A stretch of 64,000 nt of DNA from Fimbriosthenelais zetlandica (GCA_977030845.1 OZ365112.1:14818001-14882000), one strand, 5' to 3'; shown: positions 41,701-52,045, counted from the stretch's first letter. The notes: generated by a model from the letters alone, not told the origin. Program-made: numbers and translations.

Positions 41701-43353
41701 TAACGGACTAATGACCCTATTTGCCCACAAAACTATACCATCCAGACTCTCCTGAAATAAAGCAAGTCCAGAAAGCCAGAAAGACGTACGTAAGGGTATT
41801 GAAATAATAATTAATTAACCTTTGAGTCATATCCATTGCATACAAAACTTATTAAATATAGCCTAATTTTTCATTATAGATGTTCAGTAAAATTTGTAAA
41901 ATTGGGCGAGAAGAATAAGGTATATAAGGCTCAGCAACAGCTGAGTGCACTAGTACGGTATATCATGGTAAGATCTGACAGGAAGGCTGAGGTTGGTGTG
42001 GCTTGCCATCTACTCGAGCAATCATCAAAGCTGCTCAGCAATGACCAGCAGGCCGTGATCAGTGATAGATCAACATAACCCATCTTGTAGGCCGACAATC
42101 CCATGTCACGTCTGTAGATACCTATCTTTGGTCAAATATTGATCCCAGATACATGTAATATTAACATCTGTACCGTGATCTCACCACAAAACATGCAGGA
42201 ATTCTTACTAACAATATTTAGATCTAACAATATTGGATCTTGCAGTGGAAGGAATAAACCAGATGCAAATATTCATTTCCATACACCACTACCAATAAAC
42301 ATCAGGTTATACATTTGCAGGAATATCCTCAATCAATGCATCCCCATAAAGTTAAATGTTAGTGTTATAGGATTAGGAAGTCTTCATTTATAAATATTTA
42401 TAAATATTTTCCTATCAATTGAATAGAATTTATTATTATGGAATAAATAATTAATTAGTCTGCAATGCTTTAGTAGCATACATTAACTACATTGTTAAAG
42501 AATACCACATAGATGTCCACATACGCAATGCTGCAGGCACAAGAAGCATAATTAAACATCTTTCATAATTTGAAAGAATTTCAATGAGGAGTCCAGGATA
42601 ATCACTCCCTGTTCATTATTAGGTCTCTAATTAAGTTAGTTAAATTAGACAAAATTAAAAATAATTATACCTGCGATGATCAAGAAGGGGAGAACGAAAA
42701 TTTAAAGCTCTGTAAATGAAAGCAAGTACCTATCACTTTGACGTTCAGAACAATATGAACCTCGGAACATCAATAAATTGCCCATCTCAAGATACAAACT
42801 TAAAATAATATCATAAATGGTAATATTTACTTCATCTGTATCGTGATTATTTTATATTAACAAATCAGAATTATCTTTAGGAATAATTCCATGTGAAGGA
42901 ATAAGTTAATTTAATTCAACAAATCAGAGCACACACGTAGACTATATGTAGCCCAGCATGACTGCAGGCAGTATAGGTTACACACCTGTCCAAGGATAAC
43001 GTAATATACATACATATATATGTTATCTACACATTTTGACATACACAATTGGGATACTGACAGAAGGAAGAATAATGACATACTAATTTTTGGTTATTGT
43101 CATAGGTAGGATAGTGCACACCTAAACATCTCACAGGATACTGAAAATAAACACTGTATTTACTTCCACACCTTCCAGCATCCCAAGCATCCAGCTGTCA
43201 AAATGACAATGTGTGTAATGTTTTGGCTTGGGGTACCCATAAATACCCATTCCTGTCAGACGCCATCTGACTACACCTGAAGGGAATTCATACCCTATAG
43301 AGGACTCACCGTTTATCTAGCTTCCCACAACATCTTTCAAAACAATTTCCCAT
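5527..43353 (-). CDS. AP1AR: AP-1 complex-associated regulatory protein (Gadkin/gamma-BAR) orthologue, 10 coding exons, 286 aa
   Basis: Manually spliced exons 43310-43353, 42671-42709, 41257-41305, 36920-36940, 17282-17307, 10107-10203, 9266-9438, 8591-8676, 8216-8329, 5527-5738. All introns are GT-AG, phases match, total 861 nt. Protein: MGNCFERCCGKLDKRALNFRSPLLDHRRKYLRTRYNVERDFSIEFENLMDDDTQQEEMTNVVTVREKELINSRNFDTLLEEQKRLDTELDDKLVRQEEELRQEEEAYYEAKREAARAAKANKNRELVLKTGSNTATAPSAWLGDENDWDMSNEEDFEMFLESVKARSLAARTRVLASQVPIDAQSTSSSTQMSKGEQGEQTHTEASSIDLEWEHEAGMQPLMKGQPSPTEDNLEVLAVKPAMLKHHLVDNDLEWDHDDVTGADDVTTGDETPLLSREKTTDDEADR. It is collinear with human AP1AR as I recall it (MGNCC.., SKYFRT..TIEFENLV, QEEKLRLEEEALYAAQREAARAAK, EDDFE, DLEWEDEEGM, LEWENDF). 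Confidence 0.95.
8216..8329 (-). CDS. AP1AR: AP1AR coding exon 9 (V-PIDAQ...SSIDLEWEHEA)
   Basis: Acceptor ttgttaaacag, donor CAG|gtgagc; contains the conserved DLEWE motif. Confidence 0.94.
8591..8676 (-). CDS. AP1AR: AP1AR coding exon 8 (SNEEDFEMFLESVKARSLAARTRVLASQ)
   Basis: Acceptor cttttttttag-type pyrimidine tract, donor AAG|gtaact; resembles human PEDDFESCLRNMK. Confidence 0.94.
9266..9438 (-). CDS. AP1AR: AP1AR coding exon 7 (LVRQEEELRQEEEAYYEAKREAARAAK...DENDWD)
   Basis: Acceptor aattttgcag, donor AT|gtaagt; most conserved segment. Confidence 0.96.
10107..10203 (-). CDS. AP1AR: AP1AR coding exon 6 (VVTVREKELINSRNFDTLLEEQKRLDTELDDK)
   Basis: Acceptor atgtttag, donor AAG|gtaaca; coiled-coil start aligning with human EEEIVDLRERHYDSIAEKQKDLDKKI. 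Confidence 0.92.
11427..11510 (-). promoter_or_regulatory. CpG-rich promoter-like island in AP1AR intron 5 with candidate alternative first exon
   Basis: Tandem ETS cores (CCGGAAATGCCGGAAAC on minus), YY1-like AATATGGCG whose ATG opens MAFNYEWQKL, donor-like TG|gtgaaa at 11427/11426. Confidence 0.35.
17282..17307 (-). CDS. AP1AR: AP1AR coding micro-exon 5, 26 nt (DTQQEEMT-N)
   Basis: Acceptor ttctttttctttttatag, donor AA|gtaagt; phase 0 to 2 is exactly what is needed to join exon 4 to exon 6. Confidence 0.85.
36162..36490. repeat. Old degenerate tandem duplication, ~190-200 bp x 2, in AP1AR intron 4
   Basis: Identical 21-mer agaattatggagaattcaatc at 36175 and 36377; shared gggactccat and agagaaaacaaa (36288, 36478). 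Confidence 0.85.
36920..36940 (-). CDS. AP1AR: AP1AR coding micro-exon 4, 21 nt (FENLMDD)
   Basis: Acceptor ctttcttctatttcag, donor GAT|gtgagt; matches conserved FENLV. Confidence 0.92.
41257..41305 (-). CDS. AP1AR: AP1AR coding exon 3 (R-KYLRTRYNVERDFSIE)
   Basis: Acceptor ttttttcatttctag, donor GAG|gtaaga; resembles human SKYFRTCSRGEHLTIE. Confidence 0.92.
42671..42709 (-). CDS. AP1AR: AP1AR coding exon 2, 39 nt (ALNFRSPLLDHR)
   Basis: Acceptor ctttcatttacag, donor AG|gtataa; phase 2 to 2 bridges exons 1 and 3 in frame; peptide not conserved to my recall, so it could be skipped. Confidence 0.75.
43310..43353 (-). CDS. AP1AR: AP1AR coding exon 1 (MGNCFERCCGKLDK-R)
   Basis: ATG at 43353-43351; donor CG|gtgagt; MGNC N-terminus matches AP1AR. 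Confidence 0.93.
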
Positions 43354-43399
43354 ATTCTGGTACGTAATCCACGCGAACTATTCATCTACAGCTTTCTGT

Positions 43400-43560
43400 C
43401 AGGTCCAGCCACCATCCAAACCGGAAGAAGAGAACGCTGAAGATGGAGGTGTGACGTCACAGTGGAGAGTTCTACTCGGCGTTCTGTAACACAGCTGCTA
43501 TAACACTGCGTTCGAATCGAACACGAAGGAGACGATGGTTTCCAAGAAAGGAGTATACTG
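43400..43560 (-). promoter_or_regulatory. AP1AR 5' UTR/proximal promoter region, CpG-enriched, with CRE palindrome and ETS core
   Basis: TGTGACGTCACA at 43450-43461 (CRE TGACGTCA); CCGGAAG at 43421-43427; local CpG enrichment immediately upstream of the ATG exon. Confidence 0.6.
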
Positions 43561-43751
43561 GCATCTGGTGTTAAGCTATCGAACTAGGGGAATTGAAGCC
43601 AAGTGCCTGTCGAACAAAGTGCATAACTGTTTGTCAATTGTTATTTATAATAAATAAATTACATGATATATATGTACATCGGACAGATTAAACACTTGGT
43701 TTCATCTCAGGGCCGTTATTGTATTTCACTGGTGTAGGAGACAAGAAGGTT

Positions 43752-43979
43752 GTCTACTAATTTTTATGTCTACTAATATTTATGTCTATTTTTTAGGGTG
43801 TACCAATTTTTATGGCTTACTCATTTTTATGGGATACTCAACTAATTTTATTCGGCTACTAATTTCTATGGGGCTACTAATTTTTATGGTCTACTAACTT
43901 TTATGGTGCTACTCTACTAATTTGTATGGTCTACTAATTTTTTATGGAGCTACTCTACTTATTTTTATGTTCTACTAAT
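43752..43979. repeat. Degenerate minisatellite, ~17-18 bp unit (ctactaatttttatgg[t/g]), about a dozen copies
   Basis: Directly visible repeated ctactaattttta(t)gg variants. Confidence 0.9.
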
Positions 43980-44230
43980 GATTATATTAATCATCACAAC
44001 ATTATTATCAAAAAAATGTATCCTACCAAGGCAGGCGTCTGGACGATATCTTTGTTCTGCACAAATATAATGTGACCCCTTACACCGTAGGCGTTCTATA
44101 CTGAGTCTTGGCTTCAGTAAGTCAGAGCTTCAGTATTGGATGCATGATAAATTAATGATATAGGCCTACAAGGATTCTTTTCATTTTTTTAACCCCTGTT
44201 TATTCATGTTTAATTATTGCCCTTGATAGA

Positions 44231-44271
44231 GATAACCAATGATAACCAATGACAATGACAATGATAACCAA
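44231..44271. repeat. Short tandem repeat (gataaccaat / gacaat units)
   Basis: Directly visible. Confidence 0.8.
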
Positions 44272-45379
44272 GTGTTGCATTCATGGCTGGTCATACTACC
44301 TAGGGGGTTTTGAATTTTCCGTGCAGCCATGCACAGCTGTCACCTTGGAGATGAAATGAGAACCAGAGTTAAGGAGTCTGCTCCCTGGGAAAGATCCCAG
44401 ATGGCAGTAGTAGATGTGTGTGTCACTGTTTTATACTTAGATCTTATTTTACTTATTCATTTGTATATAAAATCTAAGCACAGTTCAATAGTTTGTAATT
44501 ATGGCCAAGAGTGCAAAACAGACGAAATACTTATTGGCCTATATTTCTGATATACATGTATACTATCTATCTTTTCATTGAAAATCCTTCCCCTGAAATT
44601 TGACTGTCATTTAAAGATTGTTGATATTATGTTGCAGAGTCTTGGACAGTCAGGATCGGACGTATTCATATTTTGGGCGATCCCTTAACAATAATTGCCT
44701 TCACTTGGCCTAAAATATTACATGGAAAGAGGATCAAAGGGAGACATGGTGATTAATGGTGGGTAATTCACAATGGCAGCCCTTTAAAGATGAAGGCCGA
44801 CGGTCTTATAATGAAAGCCCCTTGGCAGCGTTTAATCGTAAACCAGTGGCTACTTGTTCCACGTAATAAATCCAGCCCTAACAGACATTACTCTTGTGTC
44901 CCGTCTTATTTGTCTCTTTCCCTCTATATAGATAGTGAAGCCCCTATCCACTCACTGAATTCTCTATCGTTGTTATCAAGTGCATGGAAGTATATTTAAT
45001 ACAATTCTCTCTGCTCATCAGGTGTGTTCAGATTGGATTGCCATTGCCTGTAAAATTGCTTATTCAGTTGCACCACAAGTATATATAAAGAGACTAGCCT
45101 AATTGGTAAGACATTTATGTTGAGTAGATCTACCAAATTATCAAAATGTTAAACTTACGTATAGGCTACATACTTATTATGCCTCAGCAGTGGGCTGAAA
45201 ACATATGTAGCCCTTGACCTATTTTACATGGAATAAATTCTTTGAAAATGAATCAAGCATCCAATTGTTTCTGAAATAATATTTCAATCAACGGTAAAGT
45301 GTATTCTTGTGTTTTATGATCCATATTTTTCCAGATATAAGTGATAAGTAGATTATATCGTACTAAGGCTTCCTTGAAA

Positions 45380-45693
45380 AATTGGTGTTTACGGTGGCCA
45401 TCTTGGCCGTTAGTTTACGTTTTCTCGGGTGGTGGCGTTTGCCCCTACTCTATTATTCTCTCACTATTTCTCATCAATATTTAATCTTTACATTATTACA
45501 TCATTTTATGTTCCAGTACTTTTATTTGGGATTCATAATATAAATGGATAAAAAATATGTTCATTTAAATAAGTTTGACAAAATAGGCGTTGGAAAACCG
45601 GAAGTAGCCTGGTTGTTACCGTGGACACGTACCATAGATGTTTAGCATCGGCGGGAAGTTTCGTCTCTGGACTAGGACTAGTAGGAGGTAGGT
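45380..45693 (+). promoter_or_regulatory. Putative divergent promoter and non-coding first exon of an unidentified plus-strand gene
   Basis: YY1-like GCCATCTTG 45397-45405, ETS CCGGAAGTA 45598-45606, X-box-like GTTACCGTGGACAC 45615-45628, CpG enrichment, donor-like GAG|gtaggt at 45687/45688 followed by GT-rich sequence. Confidence 0.45.
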
Positions 45694-46849
45694 ATTTTAT
45701 CTCTTTATGCAATATTTATCAGAATAGCCTTGTTTATGATTAGCCGTGTCCATGATTTGACCGATGTAGTCGGGGAAGTCAGATTTAGGAATTTGAGCAG
45801 TACAATTGGTGATTTTCAGAATAATTAGGCTATTTGGTTTTTTTGTTGGACTTGGACGCGATTTGTGTTCATTTTCAGGATATTATTATGCTTGATGACG
45901 AAATAATTTGTCGAGGATTATTCTGATATCTTGGTGAGATTTAGGAATTTTAGATTTGTGATTTTTAGAATTATTAGTTGGTTTGTTTGCTAGATTTGGT
46001 TTGTTTGCTGGATTTATTAGAGTTGGATTTGGATGTTGATTGTGGAGGTTAGATCTTGACAGCTCGGTTTGGTTTTCGACCATGGGTATATTTCTTTCAA
46101 TTGGATTTCAGTTTAGTTTACAATATGATCGAATAGCCTATACCTTAGCTTGCTGGTTAGGAATATATTACTCGGTTTATTTAAAAACATCAAATGAAGA
46201 TGATTGATTGGCTACAAAAGCACTGCTGAATGGTTACGCATTTGATTTTTCAATTGGCTTTTGTTTTTGACCTGTCACCAAAGCGTCTTTTTAAAATAAG
46301 ATTTCAATGTTATCATAATACATGTAATATTATATATAACTAGACATAATGTTACCAGTAATCATTAATAATCCCATTTCCCCTGCCAGACTAAGCTTTA
46401 AAACTCAACTAAGCCATTATAATATCATCATGACATAGTATACCCAGGAGAGTTTTACTAGACATCCTCACACCTCAATGATAAACCTCGTTAAATCAGG
46501 CAGCGTTTATCTTTAGAGATCAAGTATTCAGTTGCATTACCAAGAATTCTGATGATTCATATAAAATATAATTATAGAATTATAGGAATATACTGAAGGC
46601 AATTATACAACCCCATTTTCCCCATAAAGGGGAAATGGGATTAATTATTAATAATTGGCCGCCTGTAGAAATGGAATTGGTTAAAATAAAAGGCTTATTA
46701 AACTTCAAAATATTTTGGAAATTGGTATAAAGTAGACCACGTCCGTGCATTCTATGACCTGGCCACTGTGTAGCTCTAAAGCTCTATGTCTATAATTTAT
46801 TTTTCAGTAAAGGGATGAAGCTCTGCAGTATTTCCACTACAGCTGCTGT

Positions 46850-46903
46850 GAGCTGCCATTGACTGGGTTGAGCCATGAGCTACCATTGACAGGCCTCGGC
46901 TAT
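46850..46903. repeat. Degenerate tandem duplication, 27 bp x 2 (gagct[g/a]ccattgac...)
   Basis: Directly visible. Confidence 0.7.
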
Positions 46904-47268
46904 CACTGACTAGCCTTGTCTTCTACGGCTGAGGAAGGGCCTGGGCCACCACCACCGGGCCCTTGCCACCACCCGCACCACTGGTGTGGCGCCATCATCG
47001 CCTGTGCCACCATCAGAGAGAAGCAACGTCATCACCACAACCTTCAGATTCACAGGCAGCCCCCCCCCCATACCCACTCCCCACCCCCCTCCTCCCTCCT
47101 CCCAAACCCCTCCCACCCCTTGCACTGAGAGGCTTGGGCAACCCACCACAGACAACCTGGGGAACCCCCAGAAATGATGTGATCTCCAAAACTGGTCTAC
47201 CAGCCAGCGGTGAGAGAACGCCCCACTGAGAGGCCTGAGTAACGACCAAGATGAGACAACCAGGCCAT

Positions 47269-47302
47269 GGCCTACTTCAGGCCTACCTCAGGCCTACCTC
47301 AG
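47269..47302. repeat. Short tandem repeat, 11 bp x 3 (ggcctac[t/c]tca)
   Basis: Directly visible. Confidence 0.85.
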
Positions 47303-47668
47303 TTTCAACTTGGGCCACCCCCAAGAAAATGCCTGGGTAACCCCCATGGTACCTGAGAATCAGGCCCTTTCCCCCACCACCCTCCTCCCCTTTTCCCTGC
47401 CTCCCTCCAACCCCCACACCACACATGCTTGTCTTGTGAAATCAACCTTCTGGCCGTTTTTCATCTTGCTTCAGGAATGTGAAAGTGCTAAAATATGTAA
47501 AAGTGCCTCAAGTAGGCATATGTGAAAGTGCCATATGTGAAATCTGTGAAATGGCCAAAAATGTCTGTTAAAAGGCAAATGTGTGTGAAATGTGCCTGGA
47601 TTATATATACCAACTGTGAAGCTGACCGCCAGGTTTGGTTTGTGAGTACAAAACTTACATCAGTTCAT

Positions 47669-47811
47669 CTAGATGGGCCTGCCAGGGCGTACTAATGTCA
47701 ATCGTTTTATTTTCAGCTCTTTTCCCCTTTATTTTCAGGAATTTAGAGGTTTTTGTGTGAATTGTTTTGTTTGTATTGTGATATTTAGGCTCTGTCTGGC
47801 AGGCCCTCTAG
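47669..47811. mobile_element. Possible ~143-bp MITE-like unit bounded by imperfect 16-17 bp inverted repeats
   Basis: ctagatgggcctgccag (47669-47685) and ctggcaggccctctag (47796-47811) are reverse complements with one indel; AT-rich interior; no TSD confirmed. Confidence 0.35.
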
Positions 47812-48130
47812 TAGTTCAGGGACCCAGCACCATCAGTTTAGTTAAAACTCTCTATCCCCTCTCAGATGTCAGGATGTTGGGTGGGTGATAAACGGGCCTC
47901 AAAGGGTTAAACTCTGGATACAATTAACTTATTTTCACACCAATCCAAGCTTAAATTCAACTTGGAAATTTTCAAAAAATAAACGTATCCTCGGTAGTCA
48001 GGCTAGGTCTGCTGATGGTGCCTTAGCTTCCCCCATGTTTGAGGTTATTGAGGTTGGGGGGAGGAGGAGGGCGGGGTGACACAGGGTCCCACCAGGACTA
48101 TAGATTAGCTCCTTAACGTACACAAACCAC

Positions 48131-48171
48131 GGCCTGTTTCATAAGATTAACCCAGGTTTATGAAACAGGCC
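48131..48171. repeat. Perfect 14-bp inverted repeat with 13-nt spacer (ggcctgtttcataa...ttatgaaacaggcc); possible collapsed MITE
   Basis: Arms 48131-48144 and 48158-48171 are exact reverse complements. Confidence 0.8.
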
Positions 48172-48997
48172 TCAACACTACATGACTCCATCTCGTACCG
48201 GTACTTTATATAAATGAAGCATCCTCATACTTGATACAGAAATTGACAATTGAATCTTGATATACAAATACATGTTTTTTTCTATTTTTTTATGTACCTT
48301 TTCTAAAAATCTTATAATTTATTCAATCCGCAAAGAAGCGACCATGATAAAGAGTTAACAAACATGACTGATAGATTCACAATAGAGAAATATATTTAAA
48401 TATAAATCCGTGTACATACATACAGATCTATACATCGGACTTCTCGTAGGCTTTTTTGGTTGTAACAAGCCTAGGAAAAATCCATAACAGCGACCGAAAA
48501 ACACAATACATGTAATATATTTAGGTGTTTCTACCACCCGGTGTACTCACTTTTTATAGGCGTTTTATAAAATGTTGCGACAGTAAACCGCTTTGCCGTG
48601 TTCGCATCGTAAGATAACGTGGCTTCTGCCCGCGAGTTTCACTACGTTTCAAACGTTCATTAAATCCGCGTGTACCTTAACTCGGCTGTGTATAATCAAG
48701 TTCCGTCCTTTACCGTTACTTTCTTTGATAATTTTCATCTCAAAATTTACGGTTTAATTTAGTTTTATATTTCTTGTCGCCTGTTTCGTAGCCTTATCGC
48801 GATTGTTTAACTGTGCCTTTGCACAGCGCTTGGCTTAACGTTTTGCCGATTTGCCGATTTGGTCCGATTTGGCCCGATATAGGCTCGTAGGCCCAGCATC
48901 CCAGGCCCATCTTCCCATGTCAGGCTGCATCTCAGCCATGTCGTATATGGGTCAGTTCTGGTAGAAGCCGTCTGTGTTGGGAGGATGTCGAGGCTCG

Positions 48998-49059
48998 CGT
49001 TTTTCATCCATACCGCCCCTCCTCGTCCCGTTTTTCATCCATACCGCCCCTCCTTGTCC
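48998..49059. repeat. Tandem duplication, 31 bp x 2 (cgtttttcatccataccgcccctcct[c/t]gtcc)
   Basis: Directly visible. Confidence 0.95.
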
Positions 49060-49830
49060 CGTGTTTGTCCCATTTTCACGAGTTTGTCTCATTTCTGTCC
49101 CGTGTTATTTACTTTCCTCACAGGTAAGTTGGAACTTATTAATCAAAATAAGTTTCATTTCGTTTCAATCTTTGACTTTATGAAGTAATTTATAAAAACA
49201 TATACTGTAGATACTGTACTTTATACTGTAGTTTATACTGTAGATTCTGTGATCAGAATTAAAATGAAATGATAAAGTACTAGTTTAAAATTTCATCTAT
49301 CATTTTATACTTTAAATTTTGAATTTCAAGTTTAAATTTTATATCGTACTGTTTAATGCACTATATTGTATTAAAATGTTATTAATCCATTTATGTTGCA
49401 GCTATTTAATTTTAAATAAGACAATCCCATGTAAATTTAATGGGCTTGATTTTAAATAAACTAAAGAATTACACATATATAATCTCGCATATCAGAAGCA
49501 TTTCGAACTAGACTTTAAACAATTTCAAAATTTAGAATATCAACATTTACAAGTAGAGCTCTTTGATGATTTTTTTTATTTCACCTGTTGATCTTAAAAC
49601 AAGTGATCAACTGTACTGTTGATGTGTTTATATGATTCTGTTATTTGTAATGTTGTCCTGTCCTGTGTACCATGCTGTGTACCGTCCTGTGTACAGTTCT
49701 GTATTGTCCTGTATTGTCCTTGTTTGGCTTATATGTTGGCTCTGTGGCCTTTCTGTGTCTCCATTCTCTGGCGCATCTGGCGCTCTTTCTCCTGTATCTT
49801 TATCATCCTACTCTTTCTTCTTCACTTCTA

Positions 49831-50028
49831 TGTGACCCCCTTCTCTTCTCTGGTGGCCCCTTCTCTTCTCTGTGGCCCCTTCTCTTGTCTGGTGGCCCCT
49901 TCTCTTGTCTGGTGGTCCCTTCTCTTGTCTGGTGGCCCCTTCTCTTGTCTGGTGGCCCCTTCTCTTCGCTGTGGCCCCCTTTTCTTCTCTGTGGTCCCCT
50001 TCTCTTCTCTGTGGCCCCCTTCTCTACT
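49831..50028. repeat. Minisatellite, 19-20 bp unit (tggtggccccttctcttgtc), ~10 copies
   Basis: Directly visible tandem array. Confidence 0.95.
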
Positions 50029-50299
50029 CTGCCCCTTAAATTGTCCCCGTTCTGCCCCTTAAATTGTCCCCGTTCTGCTCCTTAAAGTGTCCCCGTTCTG
50101 CCCCTTAAATTGTCCCCGTTCTGCCCTTTGAATTGTCCCCGTTCTGCTCCTTAAATTGTCCCCGTTCTGCCCCTTGAATTGTCCCCGTTCTGCTCCTTAA
50201 AGTGTCCCCGTTCTGCCCCTTAAATTGTGCCCGTTCTGCCCCTTAAATTGTGCCCGTTCTGCCCCTTAAATTGTCTCCGTTCTGCCCCTTAAATTGTCC
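50029..50299. repeat. Minisatellite, 23 bp unit (ctgccccttaaattgtccccgtt), ~11.8 copies
   Basis: Directly visible tandem array abutting the 20-bp array. Confidence 0.97.
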
Positions 50300-50750
50300 G
50301 GGACCGCCTTTAATTATCAGTCCCTGTAGAGTGGGTCCGGGGGAGGGGCACATTCAACCAAATTGGTTGGTCCAAGGTGGTGTTCGATGCTGTAACCAAG
50401 GTAGGGCGTCATAATCCATTGTTACTTATTAATTTATTATGAAATAGACCCAGGTGAAGTGGTAGCTATAATATACAAATGTTTTAAAATTTGAATTTGC
50501 AAATAACTTGAAATTAAAAAGAAATTGTATGTATTTATCAATGTATGATTTTACAGGTAATGGTTGTTGTTACCATGGTGCTGTGTTGGTTGTTGTTGCC
50601 ATAGTGATATTGGTTGTACTCTAGTTTTTCTCTTGTGGATGGAAACTACTCAAGGTATGTATACATGTCATTGTACATGCTCCAAATGTATAAGTAGGTT
50701 TACATTTTAGTTGTAAATTACTGGAGTATTCATTTCTCTATTTGCTAGTA

Positions 50751-50879
50751 ATTCATTGCCGGTCTAGTGTTAATTAGCCTCGTTCGTGTAATAATTCATT
50801 GCCTGTCTAGTGTTAATTAGCCTCGTTCGTGTAATAATTCATTGCCTGTCTAGTGTTAAATAGCCTCGTTCGTGTAATA
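50751..50879. repeat. Tandem repeat, 43 bp x 3 (attcattgcctgtctagtgttaattagcctcgttcgtgtaata)
   Basis: Three near-identical head-to-tail copies, one substitution each in copies 1 and 3. Confidence 0.97.
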
Positions 50880-50905
50880 TTTTTAAGTTGTTTTCAGGGC
50901 GCGTG

Positions 50906-50921
50906 GTGACATCTAGCGGCG
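50906..50921 (-). promoter_or_regulatory. CTCF-like site
   Basis: Reverse strand reads CGCCGCTAGATGTCAC, resembling the CCACTAGATGGC-type CTCF core. Confidence 0.35.
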
Positions 50922-51430
50922 TGGTGAGAGTGGTCCTCTGATTGACACACGAGATGAGTACTCCTGGCGGCAATGGCTGAACTAAACTCCTGTATGAAAG
51001 ATCACAAAACTTAAATTAATCTAAATTATTATTCAAACTTCCCAACACTATCGAAAAACGATTATTTTAGAGTTTATTATAAACAAACTCTACCATTCGG
51101 TATTCCTTATGAGGACAGTTTAAAACTTGGCGATGAGAATTATTTAAAACTTCACAAGATATCCTTAATAATCGAGTATGTATGCAGAACAATTTAGAAA
51201 TTTCATATGGAATGTAACAATCTTATCAAGAACCACTACCAAGTCAGGGGCGGATCTGGTCCAAACACCAACCCCCACAGTTTAGGTTTATTTTCCCTCA
51301 AACATTTTCCCAGTGCTTTACAACCCACCGAATTGGACAATTTCATCCAAATTCCATGTCGTGCTTCCTGTTGTAGACGTAGCCTGTATATTGACAGTCA
51401 CTCTGCGTGCTCTGAATCTAACACACCGAA

Positions 51431-51462
51431 CCACTAACCCACACGCAGCCACTAACCCACAC
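51431..51462. repeat. Short direct repeat ccactaacccacac x 2 (period 18)
   Basis: Directly visible. Confidence 0.8.
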
Positions 51463-52045
51463 AGACATTAATAAACACTAACCCATCGCACGGTGTGGAG
51501 CAGTGAGAGTGACTGTACAGACCAGGTGACCACTATATCAGGAAGCGCTTCCAACTTTATAGTAGAAATAGCAAATTTGTCCCAGAATGTGCTCTACCCA
51601 TTTTGATGTTATCTGCTAATCTCCCACCCCCTCCCTAAACGCTTGCCTTTTAGATCGGACACCCCCCCCCCCCAATCCCCACCCCATATAGCCTATTGAA
51701 ATAACTTATTTACAACAAAATTAATTGTAAATTCATAGTGGAAACTATAATGCGAATTTGTAAAATCTAGGCCTAGTAGTTAGAACGACCTGTGAATGTA
51801 GATTATTGTTTCTAATATAATATAAAATTCATTTAATTCCGGAATAATATTTAAATACCTTATAGCCAAGCCTGGACGCTCGCCAAAGATTATGGAAGAC
51901 AAATGTTGACATTGTGAAAAAATAAAGAATTACAGATAAACTAATGAATTAATCATTTATAGATAAAAAATAAGGCGAGAGTGAATCGAATATTTAGACA
52001 AATGTTAATGTTTTAATTATAAATATTGAACATATTAAAATTAGA

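Noticed and set aside
49619-50085. Longest ORFs in the track (147 aa, 137 aa)
   Set aside because: They are translations of A-poor minisatellites that cannot form stop codons
50029-50879. 23-bp and 43-bp arrays as CRISPR-like arrays
   Set aside because: Units are head-to-tail with no unique spacers, there are no cas genes, and the context is eukaryotic
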